A DNA stretch of 63,274 nt, filler included, from an uncultured bacterium (GTDB lineage Bacteria; JAGOEH01), in the NCBI GenBank assembly GCA_964632485.1. It is 4 parts of 4 records of this genome, joined end to end, with 100 filler letters (N's around TTAATTAATTAA, not from the genome) between each part and the next. Parts side by side here need not be neighbours in the genome. Positions count along the whole stretch, not along the records: positions 1 to 23,049 come from CAZWDO010000037.1; 3 more parts are not named here. One strand, given 5' to 3'. Both the position numbers and the translations under genes were made by a program. A model generated the notes under the pieces. The model was not told where the DNA came from. It did no database searches and saw nothing but the letters and a program-made list of their open reading frames with translations. This document shows, in pieces, positions 9,107 through 18,673 of the stretch; position 1 is the stretch's first letter, and every line of letters starts with the position of its first letter.

Positions 9107-12064
9107 ATGGAACCAAAAACCATTTTGCTGGTGGAGGATGAAGCGATCATCGCCATGGCACAGTCCATTGTAATTCGGAAGTTCGGTTACAATGTCGTTA
9201 TTGCGCATAGCGGCCTACAAGCCGTGAAAGCTGTTGAGGAAAATCCATCGATAAAACTAATATTGATGGATATCGATCTTGGAGAAGGAATTGACGGGAC
9301 TGAAGCGGCCCAGCGCATTCTGGCCCTGAGGCAATTGCCCATTCTATTTTTGACCTCCCATGCCGAAGAAGAGTATGTGGAACGAGTGAAAAAAATTACC
9401 CGCTATGGCTATGTCATCAAAAATTCCGGCGAGTTTGTGTTGCATTCCGCCATTGAAATGGCCTTTGAGCTTTATACACTCTATTCGCAGGCGCGGGAAA
9501 ATGAATTCCGGTTTCGCCAGATTTATGAAAACGTTAAGGTGGGTATTGCCCAAATATCGCTCGATTTTAAGGTCATGGCAGCAAATGAAAAGTACTGTGC
9601 GATGTTAGGATATTCCGAAGCGGAACTCATTGGCCATCATTTGCGTGATTTTACTCATCCCGAAACCCTTAAGGAAAACTTCGAAAAGCAGCAGGCGCTT
9701 GCGAATGGCGAGATCGAACACTACCACATGGAAAAAAAATTTATCCATAAAGACGGCTATACTATTGTGGGTTTGCTTGATGCCAACTTGATTCGCGACA
9801 TTTCCGGTCATCCCAGCTATTTTTTGGGAAGTGTAGTCGATATTAGCGAACAGAAAGAATCAAGGCTGAAGCTGCAAAAACAAAATGAAGAACTGTTTGC
9901 TGCATTTGAAGAACTGGCGCTACACGATCAGGAGATCAAAACGCTGGAAAATGAGCGATTTCGGACAGCAAACACCCTGAAGGCGTTGATCCAAAGTTCT
10001 CCCAATCTGATTGCTATCTTCGACAGTCAGGGATTCTACCATTATATTTCGGAATCAATGGCAGTTTTGTACGGGAAAAAACTGGAAGAAATCGAAGGAC
10101 GAAGCATCCATGAATTCATGCCGCTTTCCATAATCGACGACCACCTGAAAATTGTTGAAATTTTGAAAGAAAATCCCACTCCCTATCATAAAATGGATTT
10201 ATTGACAATGGAGACCGGCACGAAATTCATCGAATCAACTCTTTTTCCCGTCTCGGGGGGGAATGAGCAACCGGAGCTGTTCGGACTGATCGGAATCGAT
10301 GTAACGCGCCAAGTACAGGCCACCCAGGCATTGGAGGATGAAAAGAGGCACATGGACTCCATTCTCTCCTCGCTTGATACAGGTTTATCCCTGATTCGCC
10401 AGGACCTTAGCGTTGCCTGGGTCAATTCCAAAATTCGTGATATGTTTCCCGATGATGATCCGATTGGGACAAAATGCTATCGCTTTTATGAAAATAGATC
10501 AGAACCATGCCCGAATTGCGGCACGATCCAGGCTTTTAAAACAAGACTCAAGCATGAAACGGATCGTTATAATGAACAAACCAAAAGCTGGTACCATGTG
10601 GTATCCATGCCGATATTCAATCCCAATGGCACAATTGAGCATGTGCTGGAGAGCATTACAGACATTACGAAGCGAAAAAAAATGGAGCAGGAACTGGAAA
10701 TGGAACGCAGGCGGCTGGCCTATGTACTCGAGGGAACACATGTCGGAAGCTGGGAGTGGAACGTGCAAACCGGTGAGACCCGCTTCAATGAGAGATGGGC
10801 AGAAATAATCGGCTATTCATTGCAAGAGCTGGAGCCTTTGTCGGTTCAGACCTGGTTGGCGCATTGCCATCCGGAGGATTTAAAATGTTCCGAGGTCGCA
10901 TTGCAAAAGCATTTTTTGGGCGAAAGTGAACGGTATGAATACGAAGTTCGAATGCGTCATCGCGATGGCCACTGGGTATGGGTTCTTGATCGCGGCAAGG
11001 TCATGGAATGGTCCGAAAACGGGCAACCGCTATTGATGGCGGGCACTCATCAGGATATCAGCGAACGAAAAAAAATGGAAGCTGAACTGGACAAGCAACA
11101 ACGGTTTTTTCGATCCATACTGGATACCACCCAGGATGGATTCTGGATCGTGAATATGGAGGGACGGTTCATCGATGTCAATGAGGCATATTTGACCATG
11201 TCCGGCTATACCCGAGAAGAATTTCTCAATATGAAAATACCCGATGTCAATTTCCAGGAAAAACCTGAGGAAACCACGGAACGGATGCGGCGAATGAGGG
11301 AAAATGGATATGAAAAATTTGAAGTCAGGCATCGCCGTAAGGATGGTACTGTCTTCGATGTTGAAATCTCCGGGAATTATATTAGTCAACCTGAGTCATG
11401 TTTTATCTGTTTTTGCCGGGATGTGAGCGATCGAAACCAAACGGAGCGGATGCTGGCGCAAAATGTCAGAGAAAAAGAAGCTATGCTACATGAATTTCAG
11501 CACCGGGTGAAAAACAGCTTCAACATGATTATCGCTTTGCATTACCTGAAACAATCTGCGACATTATCCGGGGAATCGACCCAAATTCTAAAAGACTTGA
11601 CCGCTCGCATCCAGTCCATCGCGGATTTATATACCTTATTGAACCAGTCAAACCAGTACCAGGAAATCAATCTGAATTCTTATTTCCGAATGATCATCGA
11701 TTCCATATTGCAGTTACGGGATAATATCGTATGCGAACATACTCTTGAAGCGATTATAGTCTCGACCCATTTCGCAGCGACTTTGGGGATGATTTTGACG
11801 GAACTGTTGACCAATGCGCTAAAATATGCCTTTCCCGATGGAAAGCGGGGGAAAATTGCAGTTGTTTTAGAACGTAATAGTTCAGAGCGAATTGATCTGC
11901 GGATAGAAGATGACGGAATGGGATTGCCCGAAGGGTTTAAACTCGAAACGTCAGCCGGAATGGGGCTGGAGCTGGTCCAGTCCATGGTCAATCAGTTGAG
12001 GGGCAAATTGACGGTTTCTTCAGAAACGGGCGTTCACTATCGAATCGAGATTCCGATTTCGTAA
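9107..12064 (+). CDS. Hybrid sensor kinase: REC, multiple PAS/PAC, HisKA_2, HATPase
   Basis: ILLVEDE...LMDI (REC); several PAS/PAC motifs; H box HRVKNSF; ELLTNALKYAF; DDGMG; GMGLELV. Confidence 0.93.
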   Translation: MEPKTILLVEDEAIIAMAQSIVIRKFGYNVVIAHSGLQAVKAVEENPSIKLILMDIDLGEGIDGTEAAQRILALRQLPILFLTSHAEEEYVERVKKITRYGYVIKNSGEFVLHSAIEMAFELYTLYSQARENEFRFRQIYENVKVGIAQISLDFKVMAANEKYCAMLGYSEAELIGHHLRDFTHPETLKENFEKQQALANGEIEHYHMEKKFIHKDGYTIVGLLDANLIRDISGHPSYFLGSVVDISEQKESRLKLQKQNEELFAAFEELALHDQEIKTLENERFRTANTLKALIQSSPNLIAIFDSQGFYHYISESMAVLYGKKLEEIEGRSIHEFMPLSIIDDHLKIVEILKENPTPYHKMDLLTMETGTKFIESTLFPVSGGNEQPELFGLIGIDVTRQVQATQALEDEKRHMDSILSSLDTGLSLIRQDLSVAWVNSKIRDMFPDDDPIGTKCYRFYENRSEPCPNCGTIQAFKTRLKHETDRYNEQTKSWYHVVSMPIFNPNGTIEHVLESITDITKRKKMEQELEMERRRLAYVLEGTHVGSWEWNVQTGETRFNERWAEIIGYSLQELEPLSVQTWLAHCHPEDLKCSEVALQKHFLGESERYEYEVRMRHRDGHWVWVLDRGKVMEWSENGQPLLMAGTHQDISERKKMEAELDKQQRFFRSILDTTQDGFWIVNMEGRFIDVNEAYLTMSGYTREEFLNMKIPDVNFQEKPEETTERMRRMRENGYEKFEVRHRRKDGTVFDVEISGNYISQPESCFICFCRDVSDRNQTERMLAQNVREKEAMLHEFQHRVKNSFNMIIALHYLKQSATLSGESTQILKDLTARIQSIADLYTLLNQSNQYQEINLNSYFRMIIDSILQLRDNIVCEHTLEAIIVSTHFAATLGMILTELLTNALKYAFPDGKRGKIAVVLERNSSERIDLRIEDDGMGLPEGFKLETSAGMGLELVQSMVNQLRGKLTVSSETGVHYRIEIPIS

Positions 12065-12151
12065 ACGCAAGAAGATTTTGAATCCGAATTCCTCAGCATA
12101 CTATAGACTATAGGCGCCCAATCACCTTTCTTCCCAAACCAGTTTCCGCTG

Positions 12152-12448
12152 CTATTCAAATAGCCGCCAATACCAGCGCACCTGCTTGTTCTCGCGCTGC
12201 ATGTCCTTTATCTCGTCCTCGCATAACTCTTTGATGTCGTAGTAACTCTTAAAATGTTCTGCTTTCAATCTGGCTTTGAATTTTTCCTTCAATGCGGCTT
12301 CAATTTCAACATCATAGCCGGCTTCAGCCCAGGCTTCCAGTTCGAAAAACAGATTGATAGCTTCTGATAAATCCATTTGACTGTCGAAATTTATATCAGC
12401 CCAATCAATTAAATCATTCAGTTTTTCGAAGAAATCGCCTATTTTCAT
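12152..12448 (-). CDS. Small acidic hypothetical protein (possible immunity-type protein)
   Basis: AGGAG RBS before ATG 12448; acidic helical 98-aa ORF ending WYWRLFE. Confidence 0.55.
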   Translation of the reverse strand: MKIGDFFEKLNDLIDWADINFDSQMDLSEAINLFFELEAWAEAGYDVEIEAALKEKFKARLKAEHFKSYYDIKELCEDEIKDMQRENKQVRWYWRLFE

Positions 12449-12750
12449 TAAAAAGCTCCTGTGTCTTAATTTTTTACTATCCTTTTTCAGACATGCCATG
12501 ATGCTGGACGATCCGGAATCCTTCCTCCACGATCGTCACGCGCTGGCCGTCCCAAAACAGATACTGCGCCGCCTACCGCGCGATATGGCCGTTTTTGTCT
12601 TTTCCCTGATAGACCGTCACGGCCTGCTCTTTCGCGTTGCGGATCGTCTCGTTCCGGCTGGTTATCATGCGAACCGCTACGTAATCCTTCTTGATAAATC
12701 CCACTATTGGATTGTAAAATCAGGAGGCAGCGGGGCATTCAAGGGTTGGC

Positions 12751-13260
12751 TTAAATTGACGAACAGATCATTCTCAGGCTCGAAGCGATAGAGATAAGCG
12801 GTGTCCGAATCGAGATTCCATTATCCGTTAATACCCAAATATTCAGGTTCTGATCCCTGAAAATGGAATTAACCTTCAGTATTTCAAACTCTGGCATTCT
12901 CCTGGATATGAGCGTTCCATTCCGTTCAAGCGTCATGCAGTAGATTCCCTGATGCCAGGCTCCCGCTCAAAATTCGGAAGCGCTGAATTGATACAGTCAC
13001 GATATCCGCAGATTTGGAGCATTTTGGATCACTTTATTCACTTTAAAATTACCATCGATCTCAACGTGATATACTCCCCTGTCGGAACCTATCCAGAGAT
13101 GTCGCAGATCGGGAACCAACAACGAATAGGCTCTTGCGATCCCGAGGGGAAGTCCGGTCTCGGCTAAACGATCATGGGTTTCATCAAAGTAATGACAATA
13201 TCCGTTGGATGAAACGGTGTAAATGACGTCATCGCTTGTCAAGTTATTATTTTTCCCATG
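12751..13260 (-). pseudogene. Remnant of a beta-propeller sensor (two-component regulator propeller) gene
   Basis: Fragments LWIGSDRGVY and VNSIFRDQNLNIWVLTDNGIS in different frames; no start or full-length ORF. Confidence 0.6.
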
Positions 13261-13309
13261 TTTTATGAGTCAAATAGCAAACTCACTCATGCAAAATCCC
13301 GATTTTTCA

Positions 13310-16300
13310 TCAATTCAGCAACAAGACCTTTTTAACCCGGACCGAACCATTCGCACTCGCCTTAATCACATAAACCCCGGAACTCAAGCGACTGCCCCGA
13401 CTATCGGTTCCGTTCCAGACAAGCGTATGATTGCCCGCATTCACATGCTTCAACCCGATTGTAGCGACCCCTTGGCCATTGCAATTATATATTTCAAAAG
13501 TCACGTCTCCCGGGTTACTCAAATAGTATGGCAAGGTCGTGTGGGAGCGGAAGGGATTGGGATAGGGAGCGAAGAGCTGGAAATCCGCCATGGCCGCGCC
13601 CCGCTCGACGATGGCGCTGGCTAAGACTCGCAGGGTCGTATCCGCGGTTATGCCCTCCAGAGTGCCCGAATGCACATGGACCTCATATTCGGCGCTCGAT
13701 TCGAGATGGGTCATATAGACGCAATGATTTACCGTCAACACCCCGCGACTCGCCGTGATCGTGTCAGGCTCGGATTCTCCTGATTTCCAATAATCGATAA
13801 AGGAAGAAGCGAGATGATCGGTCGTCCATTCAATTCTGAGAATTCCGGCCGTGTCTTCAATGGCTGAGGGGCCTTCAACGATATGGAGAAGTTGCTGATC
13901 GCCGGTGGTAGCGGTGACCAGGGAATCCATCGCATTTTCGAACACTGGCCGTTCCCTGAAATCGTAGCCGGAAATTGCAAAATAGTACGGGTTGGATTGT
14001 TGCAGGTTATCAAAAACGATCAGATGATCGCGGGTGAGAGCCGATTCATAGAAATAATCCCCGGGGCTCAAAGCATTGAAAAGCGACAAACGGGAGCGAG
14101 AATCGCAGGCGGCATCGGTGTTCCAGGCTATCGCCGCATATTCGGCGGAAACAAATGTCTCGACCGGACCGAGGAGATGGGCTGCGCTGGGTTGATAGGC
14201 GGACAAAGTGTAAAAGCTGAGTTCAGCCGGATTTTCGACATTGTTGCCGGCCAGGTCGATAACGTTGACACGTGCTGTATAGACACACGCCGGTTCGAGT
14301 CGAGTGAGGAAAACCGTTGGTCGATAATAGTAATCGGGAATTTCCAGATTGGCGATCAACCGGTTCTCGGCCGTACGCACCTCGATGGTGAAGCGTCCGG
14401 GTTCATCCAATTCCCATTGCAGCGCCGCCGCCGAATCATAGACAGCCAGCAGAGAGGGCCGGACAACGAACACCGGGGGTAGGACATCCGCGTTGGTGGA
14501 AGTGGTGAAGCCGTTGTTCCCGCTGCCGGCGGCGGCAAGGCGCGCGGACCTGCCCGGCAGCTCCAAGCCGATTTTGCTCATCAGCGATGGCTCTCCGTTC
14601 CAATCATATCGGTTACCGGCTTTATCCGTCAAAGTCAGAGTAAACCGATAAAACACACCCGATTGCAGACCGCTCAGGAGAAATTGATGTTCCTTGAGAT
14701 AATCGGGCTGAAAAAATGTATCAATGGCAATCTCCTCAGCTCCCTGAAATAAATGGAGAACGCTTTGGCATCCTTCATTGGCCGTGAAACTGACAAGCGA
14801 TCCCGCATGGGAGACGGAAACGAACGGCCCGGCCACCAGGATTGGCGCGATCCGGTCCACAGCCATACGGGTCTGCACCGAATAGATAATATCCGCATAA
14901 TAGTCTTCCGGGGGATCGATGGCGCGGGCGCCAAGCTGATACTCGCAGGCGGTTCCGGGGGGAAGCCCGCTGAACGAAAAGGCATGCTCCATTCCGGGCA
15001 GGGTATCGACGGCAACGACGGTATCCCCTCCTGGGGAATAAAGGCGGCACAGCCCTAAAACCGGCTGATCCGTGCCGACCGCAAGCAGAAAATCCGTATC
15101 GCCGACGTACAGATGGCGCGGTTTGCCGGAGAGTTGAAATTTTTTTTCGATAACGCGGTACAAGGTTTGAAACGCATAAATAACGCTGGCGCCCCCTATG
15201 GAATCATCAGCGTACCAAAAAATGCGATAAAAATATTGAGTCTCGGCTATCAAACCCGATAGAGACGCCTGGTAATCAGTCTCATTCAGCGAGGCAACAG
15301 GCGCGCTCGTCCAATTTTGCCGGTCCATGGAATAGAAAAGCGAACAAGGCGCGGGGGTTTTCATCGACCATTCGATGACGGCGCTGGTATCGGCGATATA
15401 GATCGCCGCCGGGTTGCGAGAAAAATTATCGAAAAAGTAAACTTCCTTGGCGACAGCGCTGGTTTCCAATCCATCCTTTACGGCGATAGCCTTGATAGTG
15501 GTCTGGGTATTGATCATGAATGGCGCGGAATAGGGAGGGGAATCAATGGTTGGATCGCTGCCGTCGGTCGTGTAATGAATAGCGGCCCCCTCGGTTATGG
15601 TCTCGATGCTCACGGTTAAAGCGCTGGTGTAGCTCCTACCCGGGGGACTGATGCGGGGGACGGCCGCTTTTTCGCCAAATCCGTTCAATTTCCATATTTT
15701 GCCATCGCCAATAGTAGTGATGAAGATGCGGTTGTCCCGGTCCATCGTCACGGAAAACGGCCATTTCAGCTCCTCTATCGCGGAAATCACCTTCGGGGCA
15801 AGCACGTCGATCAGCAGCATCTGATCGGAAATATCGTGACCAGTGATGATCTCCGTCGAGAGAATATATCCGTTGGGCAGCCGCACAATATCCCCCAGGC
15901 TGGCAACCGGCTGATCCTGAACGTGGAGGTCTGTCACGACCCCGTTTGTCAAATCAATTTGTCGGAGGGAATGATCGCTCAGATGGGCGACCAGCAACTG
16001 TTGCCTGGAAGGATGATAGGACAAGCCGTAGGGGCCATTGCCCACGGAATACTCAGCCAGAATCTCACCGGTGGCCGCGCTCATCTTGAAAACCCTGGAT
16101 CCGGCGCCCCAACTGGCGCTATAGTCGAACTCACTGACGTACAAGGTATCGGCGGTTCCCATTTCAATATCGCCCGGCAGAAAACCCAGAGAATCGGCCA
16201 AGACGCTGACTAGTTGAGTGACAAGATTATAGCGCAGAATCGCGCCCAGGTTACAGGAAATCAGCAAATTCCCCTCCGCGTCCCAGGCAAGGCCCACGGG

Positions 16301-16573
16301 CTTCAGGATTCCCTGACCGCTGTCGGCGACAATGGTCCGATTGCCCATGCTACTCTCAATCAGGTTGATTCGGTTTTTTCCGTATTCCGCGACATAAAAA
16401 TTACCCGATGAGTCAAGCGCTAAACCTGTCGGGGCGAACAATCCACTGGCAATTTCCTCGATTGTGTAGTCATAGGCGAAGGCCGCACCGTTTCCGGATG
16501 GCGCCGCAAAATTAAAACCCAAAACCAAGAGCCCCGTCATGAACTTTGTCATGATCCTGACAATTCGTTTCAT
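13310..16573 (-). CDS. Large secreted protein: NHL-type beta-propeller, chitobiase/Fn3-associated domain, Fn3 stalk, FlgD-Ig/T9SS tail
   Basis: Signal peptide; PTGLALDSSGNFYVAE repeats; IHYTTDGSDP; C-terminal PYPNPF...WNGTDSRGSRLSSGVY...KKVLLLN. Confidence 0.9.
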   Translation of the reverse strand: MKRIVRIMTKFMTGLLVLGFNFAAPSGNGAAFAYDYTIEEIASGLFAPTGLALDSSGNFYVAEYGKNRINLIESSMGNRTIVADSGQGILKPVGLAWDAEGNLLISCNLGAILRYNLVTQLVSVLADSLGFLPGDIEMGTADTLYVSEFDYSASWGAGSRVFKMSAATGEILAEYSVGNGPYGLSYHPSRQQLLVAHLSDHSLRQIDLTNGVVTDLHVQDQPVASLGDIVRLPNGYILSTEIITGHDISDQMLLIDVLAPKVISAIEELKWPFSVTMDRDNRIFITTIGDGKIWKLNGFGEKAAVPRISPPGRSYTSALTVSIETITEGAAIHYTTDGSDPTIDSPPYSAPFMINTQTTIKAIAVKDGLETSAVAKEVYFFDNFSRNPAAIYIADTSAVIEWSMKTPAPCSLFYSMDRQNWTSAPVASLNETDYQASLSGLIAETQYFYRIFWYADDSIGGASVIYAFQTLYRVIEKKFQLSGKPRHLYVGDTDFLLAVGTDQPVLGLCRLYSPGGDTVVAVDTLPGMEHAFSFSGLPPGTACEYQLGARAIDPPEDYYADIIYSVQTRMAVDRIAPILVAGPFVSVSHAGSLVSFTANEGCQSVLHLFQGAEEIAIDTFFQPDYLKEHQFLLSGLQSGVFYRFTLTLTDKAGNRYDWNGEPSLMSKIGLELPGRSARLAAAGSGNNGFTTSTNADVLPPVFVVRPSLLAVYDSAAALQWELDEPGRFTIEVRTAENRLIANLEIPDYYYRPTVFLTRLEPACVYTARVNVIDLAGNNVENPAELSFYTLSAYQPSAAHLLGPVETFVSAEYAAIAWNTDAACDSRSRLSLFNALSPGDYFYESALTRDHLIVFDNLQQSNPYYFAISGYDFRERPVFENAMDSLVTATTGDQQLLHIVEGPSAIEDTAGILRIEWTTDHLASSFIDYWKSGESEPDTITASRGVLTVNHCVYMTHLESSAEYEVHVHSGTLEGITADTTLRVLASAIVERGAAMADFQLFAPYPNPFRSHTTLPYYLSNPGDVTFEIYNCNGQGVATIGLKHVNAGNHTLVWNGTDSRGSRLSSGVYVIKASANGSVRVKKVLLLN

Positions 16574-16736
16574 AATCGATTCCTTTTTTTATAAGAATCC
16601 CACTTTAACCAGTACGTAGCCAATTTGTACCAATCGGCGCACGGAGAAACACCGCCATCACCTCTCGATAAAAACGCTCGCGGATTAAAAAAATTTTAGA
16701 AAAATCGGAAGAGCGTTCCATGCCCCCTCTATTATT

Positions 16737-16765
16737 ACTATAGCTTGCAGTTAAAGGATTGTCAA
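16737..16765 (-). promoter_or_regulatory. sigma70-type promoter for the 13310-16573 gene
   Basis: TTGACA-17 bp-TATAGT on the minus strand. Confidence 0.7.
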
Positions 16766-16870
16766 GTATTTTAAAAAAGGGAAATTTCTCCAGATGATAC
16801 AGCAAACGGGATTCTAATCACTCAGGCTATCACAGGCATATATCATACGGGACTGAACCTTCTCGTCTGT

Positions 16871-16987
16871 GTAGCGGCGCGGCTTCAGCCTTACTCGGGA
16901 AATGACCGCGAGTGAAAAGGTCGCGGTTACGCAGGGAAGCTCCGCTCCTTCCCTTCGTCATTCCGGGCTTGACACGTAATCCATGGG
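16871..16987. repeat. REP cluster: GTAG-type inverted pair (16871-16930) plus a CGTC-type palindrome (16956-16987)
   Basis: GTAGCGGCGCGGCTTCAGCC...CCGCGAGTGAAAAGGTCGCGGTTAC; CGTCATTCCGGGCTTGACACGTAATCCATGGG. Confidence 0.75.
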
Positions 16988-17061
16988 AATTGGTTATCGG
17001 TACTGCCTTCAAAACAGGCATCGTTCGAAACAACCAAAAGAAGATACTCCAGCCATCGCGA

Positions 17062-18096
17062 TCAACGAGTCGGAGACCGGAAATGCTCGGTGAGGGCGCG
17101 GTACAGATCACCATCGCAGGCCTGGTCGATTTCTTCCAGGGTTTTCAGACCAAAGACAAAGGCGATGGTTAGGGGATCCGCCCGGTAATCGGTATGTCCT
17201 TCATAAAATCCGTAGCGCATGATATAGTAAGGGGCCATTTCACTGAAATGAAATGCGGTCAGGCGTTTTTTCAGTTCGTCGGTTTGAGCGGGAGACAAAT
17301 GAGCGTATTTCTTGTCGAGATAGTCGTTTTCCCGGGGAGTCAATTCCCGGCTGAGGTCGATATCGAAACTGCCCTGGATTTCATCCTGAAAGATCGAGAT
17401 TTGCCAGCCTTTGGTACCATTGGCCTTGAAGGACAATCGATGATTGTTGTAAAACACATAGCGGATATGGTCATAAAATCGGGCCCATTTCCCTACTTCG
17501 ATTTCCTTCAGAATCAGGTTCCAGATATGGAAGAGGGGTTTCGCCAATTGGGGATGGGTCAGTCCGTTCGCTTTCGCCAGGCGATTGTCGCCTTTCAACA
17601 CCGCGATAATATCTTCATCCGCCGCCATGAAACCGGCTTCGGAAAACGCATGGGGACGGCCGATCGTTGTAATGATCGATACCGGAATGTCGGTGATTCG
17701 CTGCATTCGATCGAGGGCCGACTCATCGTGCCAACCGATTTTGGCCAGTTCCGGGAAATCGCCCTGATCGATTTCCAATTGCCGGTCCTTGCCCATCAAT
17801 GATTTGATTTTCCGGCTGTAGAGCAAAGGTTCGCCATTTTCCACGGTTACCGGAACAACGGCGAATTCACCGTCTTTCGTTTCCGCAAGGATGATTTCCG
17901 TTCCATTGCTCAGCGTCATGGGCGAAGCAATTTCCGGACGGCTCCGATAGGTGGCGGGATAAAGACGAAAATCGTCAGCGGAATTCGGCGCTCCAATACG
18001 AGTCGGGGGCTGACCCACTGCTTCCCCCACCATGAATAGGACCAATGCTCCGACCATTAAACCATATAACCCAAAATTGCGAACAGGTTTCAACAT
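17062..18096 (-). CDS. Conserved-looking exported hypothetical protein
   Basis: GAGGAG RBS, N-terminal hydrophobic segment, motifs SEAGFMAADEDIIAVLKGDN, GLTHPQLAKPL and RYGFYEGHTDYRADP. Confidence 0.8.
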   Translation of the reverse strand: MLKPVRNFGLYGLMVGALVLFMVGEAVGQPPTRIGAPNSADDFRLYPATYRSRPEIASPMTLSNGTEIILAETKDGEFAVVPVTVENGEPLLYSRKIKSLMGKDRQLEIDQGDFPELAKIGWHDESALDRMQRITDIPVSIITTIGRPHAFSEAGFMAADEDIIAVLKGDNRLAKANGLTHPQLAKPLFHIWNLILKEIEVGKWARFYDHIRYVFYNNHRLSFKANGTKGWQISIFQDEIQGSFDIDLSRELTPRENDYLDKKYAHLSPAQTDELKKRLTAFHFSEMAPYYIMRYGFYEGHTDYRADPLTIAFVFGLKTLEEIDQACDGDLYRALTEHFRSPTR

Positions 18097-18136
18097 CGTT
18101 TCTCCTCAATTTTTCAATCGATTTGGCAAACGGCGC

Positions 18137-18630
18137 TATCCTTGGATCTCTGCCACGATCACGACTTAGTTTTTGCCATATTTTTAACGCATTTGGGGCA
18201 GGTAGAGTACCATATATACCATTTTTTCAAAGGTTAGTTTTTTGGATCGGCAAAGCGATTCAAACTCCTTGCACCATTTCCCGGTATCTTTATAGGGTCC
18301 CTCATAGACCTTGCTGTAGAAACGGCCGCTCAGGGCCACATTCTCCGCTCCGGGAATCTCTTTATCTACTGCCAGATAAAGATCCATGTTCCATTTTGAA
18401 GTATGATTCGACAAGCGCAGCCAATCGGACATAGCAGCTTTGGCGGCTTCCACCTTCTGATTCAGCCGAACCATGATTTTACCAAAATTGACCGGCATAA
18501 AAAAAAAGTAAACACTCGATCCCGAATGAATTTCCTGTTTTTCCATACATGGATTTTATCGTCCCAGGGAATCGGATCGGACGGGGGGGGCAGCTTTCTA
18601 TGTCATGATTGGATTGTTCGGACATGGCAC
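18137..18630 (-). pseudogene. Small Cys-motif 'hydrolase'/GyrI-like family gene, frameshifted
   Basis: Pieces in different frames: DPIPWDDK, PVNFGKIM...SKWNMDLYLAVDKEIPGAENVALSGRFYSKVYEGPY, and WYSTCPKCVKKYGKN*. Confidence 0.6.
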
Positions 18631-18673
18631 ACTCCAAGTTAAGATTGAAGCTTCTATACCCATTCTCTAATAA

